From Mobula hypostoma (taxonomy: Eukaryota): a stretch of DNA of 64,000 nucleotides. The notes below the pieces were generated by a model, which was not told the DNA's origin, searched no databases, and saw only the letters and a program-made list of their open reading frames with translations. The position numbers and the translations under genes were made by a program. The stretch spans positions 110,486,001-110,550,000 of the forward strand of contig NC_086107.1 of NCBI RefSeq assembly GCF_963921235.1, in the 5' to 3' direction. This document shows, in pieces, positions 60,885 to 64,000 of the stretch; position 1 is the stretch's first letter; every line of letters begins with the position of its first letter.

Positions 60885-61540
60885 ACATAAGAACATAGGA
60901 GCGGAACTGCTCCAGAAATGGGAGCAGGAGTCGGCCATCTGGCCTGTCGAGCCTGCTCCGCCATACAATAAGATAATGGCTGATCTGACCATGGATTCAT
61001 CTCCACCTGCCTCCCTTTTCCCCATAACCCTTAATTCCTCTACTTTGCAAAAATCTATCCAACCTTAATATATTTACTGAGGCAGCCTCCACTGCTTCAT
61101 TGGGCAGAGAATTCCACAGATTCACCACCCTCTGGGAAAAGCAGTTCCTTCTCATCTCCATCCTAAATCTACACCCCTGAATCTTGAGGCTATGTCCCTT
61201 AGTTCTGGCCTCACTTACCAGTGGAAACAACTTTGCTGCCTCTATCTTATCTATTCCTTCCATAATTTTGTATGTTTCTGTCAGATCTCCTCTCATCTTT
61301 CTGAATTCCAGCGAGTACAGTCCCAGGCGACTCAATCTTTCCTCATTGTCTAACCCCATCATCTCTGGAATCAACCTGACAAACCTCCTCTGCACTGCCT
61401 CCAAAGCCAGTAAGCCAGTATATCCTTCCTCAAGTATGGAGACCCAGAACTGGACGCAGTACTCCAGATGTAGCCTCACCAGGACCCTGTACAGTTGCAG
61501 CATAACCTCCTTGCTCTTAAATTCAATTCCTCTAGTGGCA
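60885..61540 (-). mobile_element. CR1 3' end
   Basis: RGIEFKSKEVMLQLYRVLVRLHLEYCVQFW..LGLYSLEFRKMRGDL. Confidence 0.88.
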
Positions 61541-61544
61541 AGGA

Positions 61545-61838
61545 ACTGCATGACCAGAGGTCATGGGTTAAAGGTGAAAGGTGAAAAGTTTAAGGGGAAC
61601 ATGAGGGGAAACTTCTTCACTCAGAGGGTGGTGAGAGTGTGGAATGAGCTGCCAGCACAAGTGGTGCATGCGAGCTCGAAGTCAACGTCGAGAAGTTTGG
61701 ATAGGTACATGAATGGCAGGGGCATGGAGGGCTATGTTCCCGGTGCAGGTCTGTAGGAGCAGGCAGTTTAAATGGTTTTGGCATGGACTAGATGGGCTGA
61801 AGGGCCTGTTTCTGTGCTGTACTTCTCTATGACTCTAA
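61545..61838 (+). mobile_element. CR1 3' end abutting the previous copy 5'-to-5'
   Basis: TRGHGLKVKGEKFKGNMRGNFFTQRVVRVWNELP. Confidence 0.85.
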
Positions 61839-62561
61839 CGTGTACTGAGCTAACACCTTCAATGCAGCAATATACCCCGAGGTTTTTGAAAGAGCAGGAC
61901 CGCAAGGGGATAAGACGACCAAAAGCTTGCTTAAAGAGGTGGAAAGCACAGTTCTTAATATATGTAGCGAGAGGTAGATGAAGTGACCCATTTGTGTAGA
62001 ACATTATCTCATCTAAATCTGCTTTCATTATTCAAAGCGTTTGATTCCTCATTACAGAAAGAAGTATTTAATGATCAAGAGTGAGAGAATTAGAAATCAT
62101 TTAGCTAGAGACTTGATTAGTTGATTTAATTTTGCTGGACTGTGGTGTTTATGTCTCTAGCTCTGCCTGTTCTATATTGCATAAAAATAGATCAAACTTT
62201 GATACTGTCTTTCTACCTCGAACTCACTCCAAGGAAAACATTGATCATTGTCTTTTGGGGCGTCACTGAATCATGATAGGTGCCTGGATCCTTTGATTTA
62301 AAAACATTGCTCATATTTATAGAATGCTTTCCTCCAGGTACTGAAGCAAAAATGACTTTTGAAGGTGCTCTGCAGAGTTGATCACAGGAATGCACCATTG
62401 CAGGCTGGATTATTGAGCTGGTCACTGTGTGTGTTGCAAAGATTGCAGCTGTTCCATTAGAGCGACGGCTGCGTACACTAGGAGCATTAAAATAAACCAC
62501 AAGGAGATCTCACTTGGAATGCAAAAAGGGAAGGAGGCTTTCTGACTGGCTGTCTCTCAGT

Positions 62562-62930
62562 GGTGCGACAGCATAGCGGTTAACGCAATCGCTTCACAGC
62601 GCCCGAGATCACCGGTCAGGGTTTAATATTGCGAGCAGTTTTGAGCCCCTTATCTAAGAAAGGGTGCGCTGGCGTTGGAGAGGGTCCAGAGGAGATTCAA
62701 GTTCAAATATGTGTGAGGAGTTCTTATGCCCTCCCTGTGACTGTGTGGATTTCCTCCAGGTGCTCTGGTTTCCTCCCACATTCCAAAGGCATATTGGTTA
62801 GGGTTAGTAAGTTGTGGGCCTGCTATGTCAGCACCCCAGCACAGTCCTCAGACTGTGTTGGGTGTTGATGCGGAATGACACGTCCAACAGCAAGTTTTGA
62901 TGTACCTGTGTCAAATAAAGCTAATCTTAT
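62562..62930 (+). mobile_element. V-SINE-like SINE containing a short CR1 piece (about 62630-62698)
   Basis: Head gcatagcggttaacgc; core ggatttcctccaggtgctctggtttcctcccac; the insert matches CR1 QFWAPYLRK..LERVQRRF. Confidence 0.65.
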
Positions 62931-64000
62931 TGTAAACTTAATTAGAGTGGCACCAATTGCCAGTGATTTATGACGTATTGCAGTGCCTTAGGAAACAGAG
63001 GTATATTTATTTAATAGTATTTATTTTAGTGAGATATTTTAAAGAGGCAGAGGAATCTGTCAGATTTAAGCAATGGAGAAGATACTGTTCACCACTCCAT
63101 TTAATAGTCAAAGATTAAGTTCAAAGTTCAAAGAAAATTTATTATTGAAGTATGTCACCATATATCACCCTGAGATTCATGAGATTAGCTTTATTTGTCA
63201 CATGTACTTTGAAACATTGAAACATACAGTGAAATGCATTGTTTGTGACGCGCTGGGGGAGGCCCACAAGTGTCACCACGCTTCTAGCAGCAATCTAGTG
63301 TGTCTACTACTAACCCTAACCTGCATGATTTTGGAATGTGGGAGGAAACTGGGGCACCTGAAGGAAATCCACGTGGCTCCAGGGAGAACGTACAGAAAAC
63401 GGCAGACATTGAACCCTGATCTTCCAATCACTAACGCTGTAAAGCGCTATGCTAGCCGCTACGCTATAGCGCTCTTTCTGCTCCTATGACTTATGGTCCA
63501 CACCTTTGTTGCTGCTGCAGACTGGACCTCTCTCCGTTGTGCCTCTTGACCACTGCTCCCTTCAAGCTATAGTATATGGGTGCACAGCCGCACAGTAACT
63601 GAAATGCTTCCATGCACATAGCCTTTGTAACCACGCATCTGGAATTTTCTTTTTTATAATACTAATATAATTTTGAGATTATGTCAGTATAAATTTGAAA
63701 TCTATGTTAACATAGTTGTGAAATACCCTGTAATTAATTATTGGTATTGCAAACGCCACCAATTTTGAATTTGGAAAAGAGAGTGTTGTACGACTGACAA
63801 AAGAATACTCAGCTATTCTGAACTGCGAAGAAAGCATTGCCTCAAAAATATTGCAGCAATACCGTGATTTCAAATTTGTCATTTCTGAGAAAGTTAAGAC
63901 TGGTTCAATAAAGATGTTCCCAGATGCCAAACTACAGTAGATCAAACTCAAAGTTCAAAGTAAATTTTATTATCAAAGTACGTATATGTCACCATATATA

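Noticed and set aside
62160..62560. CARMIL exon 2 in unique-looking sequence
   Set aside because: No acceptor-flanked frame resembling the CARMIL N-terminal PH domain was found.

Overview
Repeat-dominated eukaryotic genomic DNA, most likely from a cartilaginous fish (shark/ray). The basis is the mix of HE1/V-SINE-type SINEs, HER1-like CR1 LINEs, Rex1/Babar and Penelope elements, recognised from memory of family motifs with no database search. Most of the window is stacked transposon debris: CR1, Rex1/Babar, L1, L2, RTE and RTE-derived non-autonomous elements, Penelope, Tc1 and pogo/Tigger-type non-autonomous DNA elements, a solo LTR, several SINE families, and micro/minisatellites. The only convincing host-gene element is a 40-nt first coding exon at 30503-30542 (MLSSVTNPSCELQ-G|gtaag) in a CpG-rich promoter. 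Its length, phase and sequence fit exon 1 of the CARMIL family (closest to CARMIL2/RLTPR), so 30543-64000 is probably intron 1. Most notable observations: (1) small TSD-flanked palindromic Penelope-derived elements carrying two opposed hammerhead-ribozyme cores; (2) a multi-level nested insertion stack with a young L1 3' fragment; (3) a Tc1-derived family with a TIR hairpin at one end; (4) a bipartite RTE element with its likely partner LINE tail in the same window; (5) a 5-kb G/T-skewed repeat tract ending in a 30/61-bp minisatellite just upstream of the promoter. Nothing here can be shown from sequence alone to be a new biological system. Most ORFs in the supplied track are repeat-derived or spurious.
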